From Hydrurus foetidus (taxonomy: Eukaryota): a stretch of DNA of 36,539 nt. The notes under the pieces were generated by a model. The model saw nothing but the letters and a program-made list of their open reading frames with translations, was not told where the DNA came from and made no database searches. The DNA lies in assembly GCA_900617105.1 (NCBI GenBank), contig UYFQ01000140.1:1-36539 (forward strand), given 5' to 3'. Below are positions 1 to 9,882 of the stretch, piece after piece. Position 1 is the first letter of the stretch. Every line of letters starts with the position of its first letter. Both the position numbers and the translations under genes were made by a program.

Positions 1-840
1 CTCGACCATCTCTACCGACACGTTACCTTGGCCTCCCACACATCGATCAAAACCCACCTCAACTATCCAACATACCAACTGCAACCTATCGGCTCTCGGA
101 GCTACTCCTTCTATGTCATGGTCCGCGACATCCACTCCATCGGAAACGCCGCCACAAAACTCCATCGAACTCGCCTCTATGTTAATATATCACAATCCGA
201 CGTTACACATGAATCATACATTGACCTAGTCACCTCTATGACCGACACATTCAAGCTCGACTTCGAGTCCGCGGTACACCCGGGCTTTGTATCCATTCCT
301 GAATTAACTAGCTTCCTTTACCTCGCAGGGCCTTAACCGCACCGAGTTCCGCCGTGCTCTCGATGAGCTTCTCCACAACCACCCGACTGGACGGTTCCCG
401 GATCCCACAGCCCTCATGTCTCAACTACAGAGCTGGAAAATCGCCAACTCCCTTTCTTTCGCCCGTGATGACGCCTCTACCCAAGGCTCCGCACTCATCG
501 CATCCAAAGCCGGGACGCCAGCCCCCCGCCCACGTCTTGCAGCCGGTAAGAAAGACCCTACCTCTAAACCCCACCTTCACCCTACCCCCTGCACTTGGTG
601 TCTGTCTGCCGATAAAGTCCAACGTTTCGGCCACTTGTCCGCTTACTGCTCCAAGAACCCAACCGCCTTCCATCCCTCCGCCACCACCATCTGCTCCCTC
701 CATCCCGTCCAACCTTCCAACGCCTTCGTGCACTCCTAAGCCAGCTTGACCACGCCGACACTCCCGACGCCTCCGACGCCGCCATGCTCCTGATTGCAGA
801 GGCCGCCATCGAAGCCTCTGACTACCCAGACTCCGCCTGA
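1..840 (+). pseudogene. gag: Copia gag, frameshifted near 330 and again between ~660 and 735, ending at TGA 838-840
   Basis: Zinc-knuckle variant CTWCLSADKVQRFGHLSAYC in ORF 416-739; coding-like, C-rich sequence continues across three frame segments. Confidence 0.75.
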
Positions 841-1215
841 CTACCGGCTTCCACTAACTGCCTTGCACTCTTCTCTCGCCCACTCGCCCTCGCAACCTCC
901 ACGCCACCCTCACTCAACCACAAACTGTCCTACTGGGACAACTCCTGCTCCTTCCACACTGTCAATGATGCAACCCTTCTCTATGACCTCTCCCCACTAC
1001 CCCGCACCTTCTCCATCGGAGGTGTCGGCGGTTCCTGTGAGGTCACCCATCGCGGCCGCCTTCTCTGCCTACCCACAACCAACGCTATGAACTCCGCCTA
1101 CTTCTCCCCAACACTACCAGTTAGCCTCTTCAGCCTTGGCCAAATGCAACGCTACGGCGCTACTTATGGTCCGGACCCCCTTCGCCCCCTCAGCCACGTC
1201 ACCATCCGCTCCTCT
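841..1215 (+). pseudogene. Copia aspartic protease region, in frame with the gag stop and truncated by the inversion
   Basis: Frame-1 translation gives YWDNSCSFHTVND, FSIGGVGGSCEVTHRG and YFSPTLPVSLFSLGQM, the usual copia protease motif series. Confidence 0.75.
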
Positions 1216-2481
1216 GGCAAGGCGGGCATTGTCGAGTTTCCGTTGGGCGGCATTGATGAACGCTGAAGGGGGCGATAGAGGGTATGGTGTTGAAGTTGTG
1301 GGAAGGGAGTAACAGCCATGCCAGAATTTGGTGGGGAGTCTGGCACGGGATGAGCGGCGTGGTGGGGTCGTGATAGATGGCGTGGGAATCGAAGGTGTTG
1401 GGGCGGGACTGTGGTTAAGTTGGGGTCGCGGACAGCTTCACAGGGAACAAGGGCAAAGGGACAAGATTGGGGATCTGTGGTAAATTCCGGGAAAGGCGCG
1501 GGTGGAAGAGGGATAGAGAAGTACTAAGATCGAAGGGAAACAATGAGAACAAAGATAAAGTGGTTAGGGACGGAGAGTTACGGGGTCGGAAACAGGACTA
1601 CAGCTGTGGGCTGAGTGGTTGGGAAGGAATCAGAAACCGTCGAGGGGAGAGAAAGAGTCGACGAAGGGAGAAGGAAAACCGCGCAATGCTTCGAAGGTGA
1701 AATCAAAGGGAGATTGAACAAACGTTGAAGTAATCATTTGAGATCCTCGGTCAGAAGTAAAATCGTTGGGGACAGAAAAGTTTTGGACTCAGTCGAAAGG
1801 ACAAAGTGGCGTGGAATGGAGCAGTGGGGCGACGGGGCACAATGGCTCCGTTGGCGAAAAGGAAGAGGGTGCGGCCGGTGAGGAGATCAGGGCCCATGCA
1901 TACTCCGAGTTCAGCTTTGGGTTCGGCGTTTGCAGCGGTATGGTTGGCGCGGGCCATGGCGTGGCGCTTATCTGCGTGTTGGGTTACCATGCAGCAGGAG
2001 CCGAAGGGGAAGGGGTGGCGGGTAGGTTTGTGGCCGTGGAGAAGTTCGTTAGGGGTGGAGGGAGAGCTACGTGTGTTGATGAGGATATTGTGCGTAGCAG
2101 CGATAGCCTTGTGTAGGTAGAGGGTATACTTGAGTGGGAGGTGGTAGGGGAGGCCGGAGAGGGTGGCGGTAGTAAGCTGCCGGAGGGTGAGGATGGAGCG
2201 TTCAACGCGGGCGGCGTGTTCTCCGGGAGGGGATGTCTGGAGGGAGATACCGAGGGATCCGAGGGGTGCGGCGAGTGGAGTGTTGATTTTCTCACAGTCA
2301 CCGTGAAGGGTGTGGACGCGGTGGTGGTGTGCGTTGTACGTGGTTGCTATAATATGTTGGAGGGCTTTAAAGACGGCAGGGGTGGACTTGGATGTAGCAC
2401 CGACGATGGACAGGTGGCCGGTGAACTCATCAACTATGATAACTTCGTGGGTGTGGAGGCCGGGGGAGGGCTCTGGGAGGA
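1216..2481 (-). pseudogene. Inverted copia integrase core plus post-integrase linker
   Basis: ORF 1751-2506(-) has IIVDEFTG, LHGDCE, EHAARVER and AELGVCMG. The C-rich skew flips to G-rich on the + strand across this interval. Breakpoints are approximate. Confidence 0.85.
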
Positions 2482-3864
2482 GCCTACGCAGGAACCTTCG
2501 ACACAACCAACCGTGCCTTCATCCTCAGCGCCTACCTCGCCGATGCCTCGCACCGTAACTGCCTCGACCAACTCCTCCTTGGCGACTTCGATTTCCCTGG
2601 TGCCTTCCTCCACAATAAGCTGACACGAGAAATGACCAACGGCCACCAACTGATCGCTATCCTCCCGGCCGATCTCCCCAGTCCACTTGCCAACAAACTT
2701 GCAGAAATCACTGGCTGTTGCTACGGTATCAAGCAAGCTAACCACGAGTACGACAAAGATCTCATCAACCTACTCACATCAGCCGGCTTTCACCCTACAC
2801 CCTCCGACCACCACAGCTTTCATAAGCGATGCCCCGACAACCCTGCTAACTCGCTGACTCTCAACATGCATGTTGACGATGGATGGTACGTCACCTGCTC
2901 CCTTACGCTGCGAGATGAACTCAAATCCATCCTCACAAGACGCTACGGGCCCATAGCCTTCAACGATGCCTCCACAGGAGTCTGCGGAGTCCGCCTTACA
3001 CGTAATGCTGACCACTCATGTACCCTCGACCAAGGCGCCCACATCATTAAATTCCTACATCAATCTGGCATGGACCTCGTCCCTCCTGCACTCACACCAT
3101 CCACCGCCAACTTCTTCGATCCCCCATCCGACCTCACACCTGTAGACCGCACTCGCTTCCTACGCATCAACGGCACTCTCATCTTCCTCCTCTCCATCCG
3201 TCACGATATCAGAAAAGAAGTTGTCCATCTATGCACCCGAAACTCCTCCCCTACCCAATCCGACCTCTCAAAGCAAATACACCTACTCCGATACCTCAAA
3301 GGTTGCCCTCACCTCGGTCCTACTTTCTCTGCCAGTCCATCTTCTTTCCCATCCGGAGTCACTATCACCGCCGCCGCTGACTCATCCCACGCATGCCATC
3401 CAGATGGGCACTCACATTCCGCGTACACTATCCAGATCGGCACCACCAACGCCCCCTTCGCCGTCCACTCTTCCGCTGAAACATCCGGCGTAGCCCTCAG
3501 TCCCTGCGAAGCTGAATACCTCGCCCTCGGACGATGCGCTAAAGAAGTCACATTCTTCCGCCAGTTTGCAACCGACCTAGGTTTTCCTCAAACATCCCCA
3601 ACGATCATCCTCGAAGATAACCAACCAGCTATCAATCTCACCACCGCCAACCAGATCACCCGCAAGTCACGCCACATCGCTCTTAAATCCCATTACATAC
3701 GCTGGCTTTACAAAGCCAAAGAGATCGTCCCTCAGCACATAGGTACTCATGACATGATTGCTGACGGTCTCACCAAAAGTCTCACCCCCTCCAAGTTCCT
3801 CTGGTTCCGAAGCAAACTCCTCAACACTCCACCAACCTCTCACAACCCTACCTCGTCACATTAA
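2482..3864 (+). CDS. pol: Copia reverse transcriptase and RNase H, 5'-truncated at the inversion breakpoint
   Basis: Open frame from ~2482 (YAGT...DFDFPGAFLHN) runs into ORF 2632-3864, which carries the RT and RNase H motifs. Confidence 0.92.
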   Translation, partial: AYAGTFDTTNRAFILSAYLADASHRNCLDQLLLGDFDFPGAFLHNKLTREMTNGHQLIAILPADLPSPLANKLAEITGCCYGIKQANHEYDKDLINLLTSAGFHPTPSDHHSFHKRCPDNPANSLTLNMHVDDGWYVTCSLTLRDELKSILTRRYGPIAFNDASTGVCGVRLTRNADHSCTLDQGAHIIKFLHQSGMDLVPPALTPSTANFFDPPSDLTPVDRTRFLRINGTLIFLLSIRHDIRKEVVHLCTRNSSPTQSDLSKQIHLLRYLKGCPHLGPTFSASPSSFPSGVTITAAADSSHACHPDGHSHSAYTIQIGTTNAPFAVHSSAETSGVALSPCEAEYLALGRCAKEVTFFRQFATDLGFPQTSPTIILEDNQPAINLTTANQITRKSRHIALKSHYIRWLYKAKEIVPQHIGTHDMIADGLTKSLTPSKFLWFRSKLLNTPPTSHNPTSSH

Positions 3865-4153
3865 TTTTTTCCCCCCTGCCTTCACATAGTATTTCACATA
3901 TAAATCATAAGCCACATACTCAATCATCATACCGGCGCATGTCATTGTAAAGTCGTTGCAAACACACAATACAATGCTCACCGAACGACCGAGCGGTCCC
4001 ACGTCACGATGACGATCCGATCTTTCCACGTTGAAGCAGTTCAGAAGCTGTTCACAACTACTTCAACGCTGCAACACATTGTTCATTTCAATTGTACACA
4101 TTCCACTCGAATTCACTTCATCATTCACATTCCACTATCACAATCTTTCACTC

Positions 4154-4422
4154 GGTCAGAACGGGGCCTAGGACGGAGGACGGAGGTTTCGATGGATGAC
4201 GGAGGATTGAAGACGGAGGCGTGGGACAAGAGAAGACGTTGTTAGGAGGGATAACGTTGTGATTATAGTTTACAGTTAAAGGATAGGTGATGTACAGTCT
4301 CCTAACAGAGCGGGAGATCTATGTAGAACTAAGACCTAAAACTGGAATCTGGGCGTATTGTACCTATTGTACCTAGTTAACCTAGACACATTGTATCCAC
4401 ATAGGGATGCAATAAGGCTACA
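4154..4422 (-). repeat. 3' LTR of the gypsy element (terminal CA incomplete)
   Basis: Direct repeat of 9615-9882 with 9 substitutions and 1 indel counted by eye; begins TGTAGCC on the minus strand directly after the PPT. Confidence 0.95.
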
Positions 4423-4442
4423 CTACCCCTTCTTCCTTTTTT
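4423..4442 (-). promoter_or_regulatory. Polypurine tract
   Basis: AAAAAAGGAAGAAGGGGTAG on the minus strand abuts the TG of the 3' LTR. Confidence 0.85.
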
Positions 4443-4541
4443 GAAAATCAACACCAATGTGTGTTAGAGAAAAAAAAAAGTATATGTATATATGTATATA
4501 GCGTATAAAAACTTGAAACGATTATGTCAGACTTTTACTGA

Positions 4542-7500
4542 CTAAACTCTCCAAAAAAGACCTTGTAGGTAAAAAAAATGGGAGAGAATTCTCATGGATA
4601 AAGTTTCAAGGATATATGTATATAAAAGTGAACGGTGTTGTTTATTGATTAAATTTGTCATATTATTATGACGCAAATAATCATGAAGTTTAACAACGTC
4701 ACGAAGACTTGAATAAGGTTCCCAAGTGTTTTTGTCAGAAGGGTAATTTAACCATTTGACTAAAAACTCTATGTGGGTGCGTTGATGTTTACCACGATGA
4801 TCAAGAATATCTTCAACAAAGTATTCCATGTGATCACGTCGTGCAACATCTAACGGATTTGTGATTGATGAGTCAAATAGAAAAGGTTTCATGGCAGAAA
4901 CATGAAATTCTGATGTTTTCTGAGTGACTAGATCATATAAAGTGTAACGCGAATTTTCGCCACTAACGACTTTTAATGGACCTCTCCAATGCGTGTGAAG
5001 ACGTGAAGGAGGGGATCCATCGCGATAGTGCACCAAGACATAAGAGTCTTTTGGATACTCTACATGTTGAAAGATTTGAGACTGACTTTGATGAAGCAAA
5101 TCTGTGCGAAGAAGTTCTTTAGCCGAAGCTTTAAGAAGGCTTTCTTGCGTTTTGAGCAGATTGCTCATACGCTTTGACAAAGGTTTGTCATCAGTAACTT
5201 TTCGCTCAGCAGGAGGTAAAAAGATACCTCTGTCGAGTTTAAGTACATTTCCGAAAAGAAGTTGAGAAGATGATATCTTTAAACGATCACTGTGGTTAGA
5301 ATTTAAAATTCGTTGCACAAATGGAAGTGACGTTTTATAATCTTCTAGTGTGACATTATCGAATGTTAATGCACGAAGATGTCTATTAACTTCTTTATTC
5401 ATGCGCTCAACAATAGCATTTTCTTCTTTAGAGTATGCTAAAGTAAGACAATGTTGAGTGCCAATAAGAGTTAGAAACTCTTTAATAACTTCGGAAATGA
5501 AGTGTGGCCCATTATCAGAACGGAGTTGGAGAGGTGCGCCGAAACGACCGAAATGTTGCAAGAGGCATTTAGCTGTTGAAAGTGCCGTAGCATCTTCTGT
5601 ATGAAACAGTTCAACCCATCTTGTGAACGTATCGATAATTACGAGTACGTACCCGCCGTCTGGAAACGGTCCTATGAAGTCTATGTTAAGGCATTCCATA
5701 GGTGTGTAAGTAGAAGTCGAGAAGCCATGAGCATTTATTGGTATCTTTAACATACTCATTTTCTGACAACACGAACAGTGATCTATGAACCACCTGACAT
5801 GCTGTCGCATATATTGCCAAATTTCATTATTATCTTTGAGACGCTTTAGAGTGCGCTCTAGACCGAAATGTCCAACTTGTGAGTTGTGTACTTTACTGAT
5901 AATATTGTACTGCTCACGTGTTAGTTTAAATTTCTCAATAATATTAGCAGACATGATTGCATCAGGAGTATATTCCTGAGGGAAATCAACCATGTTATTG
6001 CGACAGAGTCGAGACATCGAATCAGCTATATCATTGTTAGCACCAGGTATATATTCAATCTTAAATGAATATTCGGATAAGGCCATAAACCACCGAACAA
6101 TCATTGGATTTGAATTATCCTTGATGTATAACAAGTTACGATGATCTGTACGTAATGTAAACGTACGATCACGTAATAGCGATTTTAAATACGTGCACGA
6201 ATAAAAGATAGCATATGCTTCTTTCTGTATAACAGCCCAACGAAGCTGAGCTTTGTTAAGTGATTTACTGACAAATGCTATGGGCGTCTCTTGACCGTCA
6301 ACTAACTGGAAAAGATAGGCACCTACACCGTAGTCCGATGCATCAGTGTGCAAGTAAATCGGATCGGTGTCACTTAAAAAGTGCATAGTCGTGCATTTTG
6401 AAATCTCGGATTTGATCAAATTGAATGCTCTGAGAGCTTCTATTGTCCAAGTTATTTTCTTATACTTATTATAGTTAAGAAGCAACTGATGTAACGGGTA
6501 TACAACAGTAGAAGCGTTTCTAACAAAGTCGTGAAAATAATTAACCAATCCTAAAAAACTTTTGAGTTGTTTAGATAGTACTGGTTTAGGAAAATCTAAG
6601 ACAGTCCGTATTTTTTCTTGTGACATTCTAAGTCCATCCGCAGATAGAACTTTGCCAACATAGTCTATTTCGGCATAGCCTAGATAACACTTATTCGGTT
6701 TAAGGAATATTTTGTGTTTTCTAAAGCGTTCAAAAACAAGACGAAGTCTCGAAATGAGTTCGTCAATGTCTTTACCGAAAACATTGCAATCATCTATGTA
6801 CATTTCGCATATAGAGTATATCAGCCCTGCTAACACAACAGTCGTCATGATCTGTTGGAAATAGGAGGGAGCTTGTTTTGGCCCAAAGGGTAAACGAGTG
6901 AATTGATATACTCCGCAGAAAAGTATGAATGCAGTAAAAGCACGTGCAGCGAGTGTAAGTGGTGCTTGATGATAACCTTGAGTGAGGTCAAGTACAGCAA
7001 ACACTTTTGCTTTATGTGCACCTATTCTACGCAACATCTCACCGATGTGTGGAATAGGATGTGATTTATCTTCGGTACAATTGTTGAGATTCCGAAAATC
7101 AATACACATGCGCTTAGTTCCATCAGATTTTGGAACTAGTAAAACTTGGCTATAATAAGCCGCGTTTGATTTTTCAACAATATTATGTTTTTCAAGTTTG
7201 TTAATCTGACTAAGAATGTCAGCTTGATCAACTGTTGATTTAGACCATGGAGGTTGTCTATTTCTAGGGACTCTCCATTGGTCGTCATTGACATGAAAGT
7301 CAAAAGGTGGAATATCAGCAGGAGTGGCCGAAAGTTCACTGCTAAATATATCCTTGAATTCGTGTACTAGTAATCGAAGTTTATTTTTCTGATCTTCATC
7401 ACCTGCTAAGTTTATTAGCGAGAGTGGGTCAGTATCAGGAAATTCATCTATCCAAGGTGAAAACGAGTCCTTGATCGAGTCGTCGATTTCGTCCTCATCA

Positions 7501-8453
7501 GGGGGCACAGCCTCAAAAAGTCTTTCAGACTCTTGTATTAGTGAGGCTAGAATAACGTGTGTTTGAGTGACTGCCGGTTTCACCTTTTGGGTTAAAGGAT
7601 CGACTTTTGGGGAGCCGTCGGAGGGTTGCAAATTCTCCTTAGGCTGACAGCCACACGTTATATCCACCTGCTCAGAAGATAAAACTTCCGCTAATGAGGT
7701 TGTGCTTGATGAAGCATTGGCAGATATCTGATCGGGGAATCGTGAAAACAAATTCAATTCGCGAATTGTTTTTCGTCCCACTATTAGATCAAATTTTGAA
7801 TCGTTTAAAACATAAGCCGTGATTTGAAAAGTATAATAATTATTTAAATCAGGGCAAAAATAAGAAAGAGTTAAGTCTATAGTGTCAGAAATATCATAAC
7901 AATGATTATCTAATCCACTACAAACTTTACACAATTTCTTTGAAGAGTTAGAAACGAATTGTGTGAAATTATGATTAGTTATAATGCGGCGATGTATAAA
8001 GTTGCCAGCAAAAGAGCCGGTGTCCAGGAGAGTAAAGACTCTATTACTTTTTTCCAGCATAACCTCCTGTGAGAGGGGAGATATGAAGAAAGGAATAAGT
8101 TCTGGATCATCGGAAAGAATAGATGATGAATTTAGATTGCATAGTTGCTCACCCTTGTGTTTCTTCGCTGGGTTTGTCGAGTCTGCTGTTGAAGTAGCAG
8201 GTTTTGACGAAGAGGAAGAGGAGGAAGAGGAAGACGATGAAGAAGAGGTCGATGGCTTAGGTAAAGTTGGAATAAACTTAGCCTTTGAATCGACTTTCAA
8301 CAACTGCTTATGACCCTCAGAGTTAATGTAGGGTGTCTGAGTACTATTATAGTACGGAGACGTAGTGTAGAAACACGTGGCGACGAAATGGCCTAATCTC
8401 CCACAACCTGTGCACAGAGGTCTTTCGAATTTATCAGACTTGTCTGATTGCAC
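4542..8453 (-). CDS. pol: Gypsy polyprotein: CCHC knuckle, protease, RT, RNase H, integrase, chromodomain
   Basis: CTGCGRLGHFVATC; LLDTGS; YIDD; TDASDYGVG; H..H..C..C; NIDFIG/SDNG/VERMN; EYFVEDILDHR...FLVKWLNY...NTWEP. Confidence 0.97.
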   Translation of the reverse strand: MQSDKSDKFERPLCTGCGRLGHFVATCFYTTSPYYNSTQTPYINSEGHKQLLKVDSKAKFIPTLPKPSTSSSSSSSSSSSSSSKPATSTADSTNPAKKHKGEQLCNLNSSSILSDDPELIPFFISPLSQEVMLEKSNRVFTLLDTGSFAGNFIHRRIITNHNFTQFVSNSSKKLCKVCSGLDNHCYDISDTIDLTLSYFCPDLNNYYTFQITAYVLNDSKFDLIVGRKTIRELNLFSRFPDQISANASSSTTSLAEVLSSEQVDITCGCQPKENLQPSDGSPKVDPLTQKVKPAVTQTHVILASLIQESERLFEAVPPDEDEIDDSIKDSFSPWIDEFPDTDPLSLINLAGDEDQKNKLRLLVHEFKDIFSSELSATPADIPPFDFHVNDDQWRVPRNRQPPWSKSTVDQADILSQINKLEKHNIVEKSNAAYYSQVLLVPKSDGTKRMCIDFRNLNNCTEDKSHPIPHIGEMLRRIGAHKAKVFAVLDLTQGYHQAPLTLAARAFTAFILFCGVYQFTRLPFGPKQAPSYFQQIMTTVVLAGLIYSICEMYIDDCNVFGKDIDELISRLRLVFERFRKHKIFLKPNKCYLGYAEIDYVGKVLSADGLRMSQEKIRTVLDFPKPVLSKQLKSFLGLVNYFHDFVRNASTVVYPLHQLLLNYNKYKKITWTIEALRAFNLIKSEISKCTTMHFLSDTDPIYLHTDASDYGVGAYLFQLVDGQETPIAFVSKSLNKAQLRWAVIQKEAYAIFYSCTYLKSLLRDRTFTLRTDHRNLLYIKDNSNPMIVRWFMALSEYSFKIEYIPGANNDIADSMSRLCRNNMVDFPQEYTPDAIMSANIIEKFKLTREQYNIISKVHNSQVGHFGLERTLKRLKDNNEIWQYMRQHVRWFIDHCSCCQKMSMLKIPINAHGFSTSTYTPMECLNIDFIGPFPDGGYVLVIIDTFTRWVELFHTEDATALSTAKCLLQHFGRFGAPLQLRSDNGPHFISEVIKEFLTLIGTQHCLTLAYSKEENAIVERMNKEVNRHLRALTFDNVTLEDYKTSLPFVQRILNSNHSDRLKISSSQLLFGNVLKLDRGIFLPPAERKVTDDKPLSKRMSNLLKTQESLLKASAKELLRTDLLHQSQSQIFQHVEYPKDSYVLVHYRDGSPPSRLHTHWRGPLKVVSGENSRYTLYDLVTQKTSEFHVSAMKPFLFDSSITNPLDVARRDHMEYFVEDILDHRGKHQRTHIEFLVKWLNYPSDKNTWEPYSSLRDVVKLHDYLRHNNMTNLINKQHRSLLYTYILETLSMRILSHFFYLQGLFWRV

Positions 8454-9508
8454 TGATTGCTCGTCCTCTCGTGGACGTTTTTGATTTTGTCCTGAGAGGA
8501 ACGAGCAGGAGCTTTGATTTGGCGAGAGTTATCACCATACAAAGGAGAGACATCAATGAACCGTAAGGCATCAATTGATTCTCGTAGCTTAGCAAGCTGC
8601 GCAAGCCATACGAATCGGAAGTCTTCGATTGTAATGAGTCTTGGCGTTGTATTGTTAAGACTACGCTGTAACACTGCTCTCCAATTGATAGGTTCGACAG
8701 GCAACTTATCGATGAGAATTTTGGTTGCCTGAAGTTGGAGAGCGGGTGTTGCATCAGGGAATCCATCAACAATATCAGCTAAAAGCTGATCTGTCTTGTC
8801 TTCCACTGATTTATTCTTCAGGTCGAATTGAAGTGCGACCTGAGAAACAGTTTCAATGAAGCTCAGCTTGTCAGTTCGATTGACAGCTGATGTAGGAACT
8901 GTGAGATTGAGTTCTCTACAGAACAATTGATTCGACCAATGTTTCCAATTGTTACAGGAGTCGCGACGATCGGGATCGGTCGCAAACTTACGCTTGAGAA
9001 GCGTTGTAAACGATTGATGGTTGGAAACATGGACTACGTCAACTGGTTTAAATGGAGTTCCATTTGAAAGGAGAACTTCCATTACCCGTAGTACTTCCTG
9101 ACGAGAGGGCACGGCGCTCAACTTAGGAGCTCTCTCACCCGTCTGCACATATTGCTGGGGTGGTGCCATCGTCCTTGGAATAGGATTCTCAGCTGAAGCT
9201 GGTGTCGCAGCCGAAGCTGGTGTCGCAGCCGAAGCTGGTTGCAATGACAACGCGGATAACGCAGAAATGACAGGAATATCCACGACAGACATGACCGCAG
9301 GCTCCGAATTCCGCTGAGGAATCGGTGCAGACAGGTCGCCGGCGGGGTCCTGAGCCGCAGGTGGCACAGGAGACTCGAAATCTCCGCCACGATTGTGGTG
9401 CTCATCATAACGTTGTCGGAAGGCGACGGCAACAGCTCTTGGAGGTTGCTGTTGTCGACGTAAGGCATTGATGGAACTGGTCTTCTTTTCCTGACGACGG
9501 ACCGCCAT
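8393..9508 (-). CDS. gag: Gypsy gag-like ORF; pol overlaps it in the -1 frame
   Basis: 371-aa ORF starting ~105 nt after the 5' LTR and overlapping pol; contains a short 18-bp (PASAAT) repeat. Confidence 0.8.
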   Translation of the reverse strand: MAVRRQEKKTSSINALRRQQQPPRAVAVAFRQRYDEHHNRGGDFESPVPPAAQDPAGDLSAPIPQRNSEPAVMSVVDIPVISALSALSLQPASAATPASAATPASAENPIPRTMAPPQQYVQTGERAPKLSAVPSRQEVLRVMEVLLSNGTPFKPVDVVHVSNHQSFTTLLKRKFATDPDRRDSCNNWKHWSNQLFCRELNLTVPTSAVNRTDKLSFIETVSQVALQFDLKNKSVEDKTDQLLADIVDGFPDATPALQLQATKILIDKLPVEPINWRAVLQRSLNNTTPRLITIEDFRFVWLAQLAKLRESIDALRFIDVSPLYGDNSRQIKAPARSSQDKIKNVHERTSNQCNQTSLINSKDLCAQVVGD

Positions 9509-9613
9509 AACTCTAGCTTGACGGGGAATGTTGGAAGGAGGCGAAGGTAACAGTTGTAGAGACGAATAGAATTTCTCGGAGGAAACTTCGGTGACGACCG
9601 AATATCGATATTA

Positions 9614-9882
9614 TGGTCAGAACGGGGCCTAGGACGGAGGATGGAGGTTTCGATGGTTGACGGAGGATTAAAGACGGAGGCGTGGGACAAGAGAAGACGT
9701 TGCTAAGAGGGATAACGTTGTGTTTATAGTTTACAGTTAAAGGATAGGTGATGTACAGTCTCCTAACAGGGCGGGAGATCTATGTAGAACTAAGACCTAA
9801 AACTGGAATCTGGGCGTATTGTACCTATTATACCTAGTTAACCTAGACACATTGTATCCACCTAGGGATGCATAAGGCTACA
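9614..9882 (-). repeat. 5' LTR of the gypsy element (TG...CA)
   Basis: Minus strand reads TGTAGCC...TCTGACCA; direct repeat of 4154-4422. Confidence 0.95.

Larger units (their letters stand above)
1..3864 (+). mobile_element. Degenerate Ty1/copia LTR retrotransposon internal region (gag-PR-[inverted IN]-RT-RNase H); 5' end lies outside the window
   Basis: Copia-type RT (DFDFPGAFLH, YGIKQA, MHVDDG) and RNase H (ADSSHA, ILEDNQPAI, MIADGLTK); zinc knuckle, protease and integrase segments upstream; frameshifts in gag. Confidence 0.93.
4154..9882 (-). mobile_element. Full-length Ty3/gypsy chromovirus LTR retrotransposon
   Basis: Two ~269-bp direct LTRs, a PPT, gag, and pol in PR-RT-RH-IN-chromodomain order. 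Confidence 0.97.

Noticed and set aside
1467..2623. Plus-strand G/R-rich ORFs
   Set aside because: Antisense shadows of the inverted, C-rich copia integrase segment.
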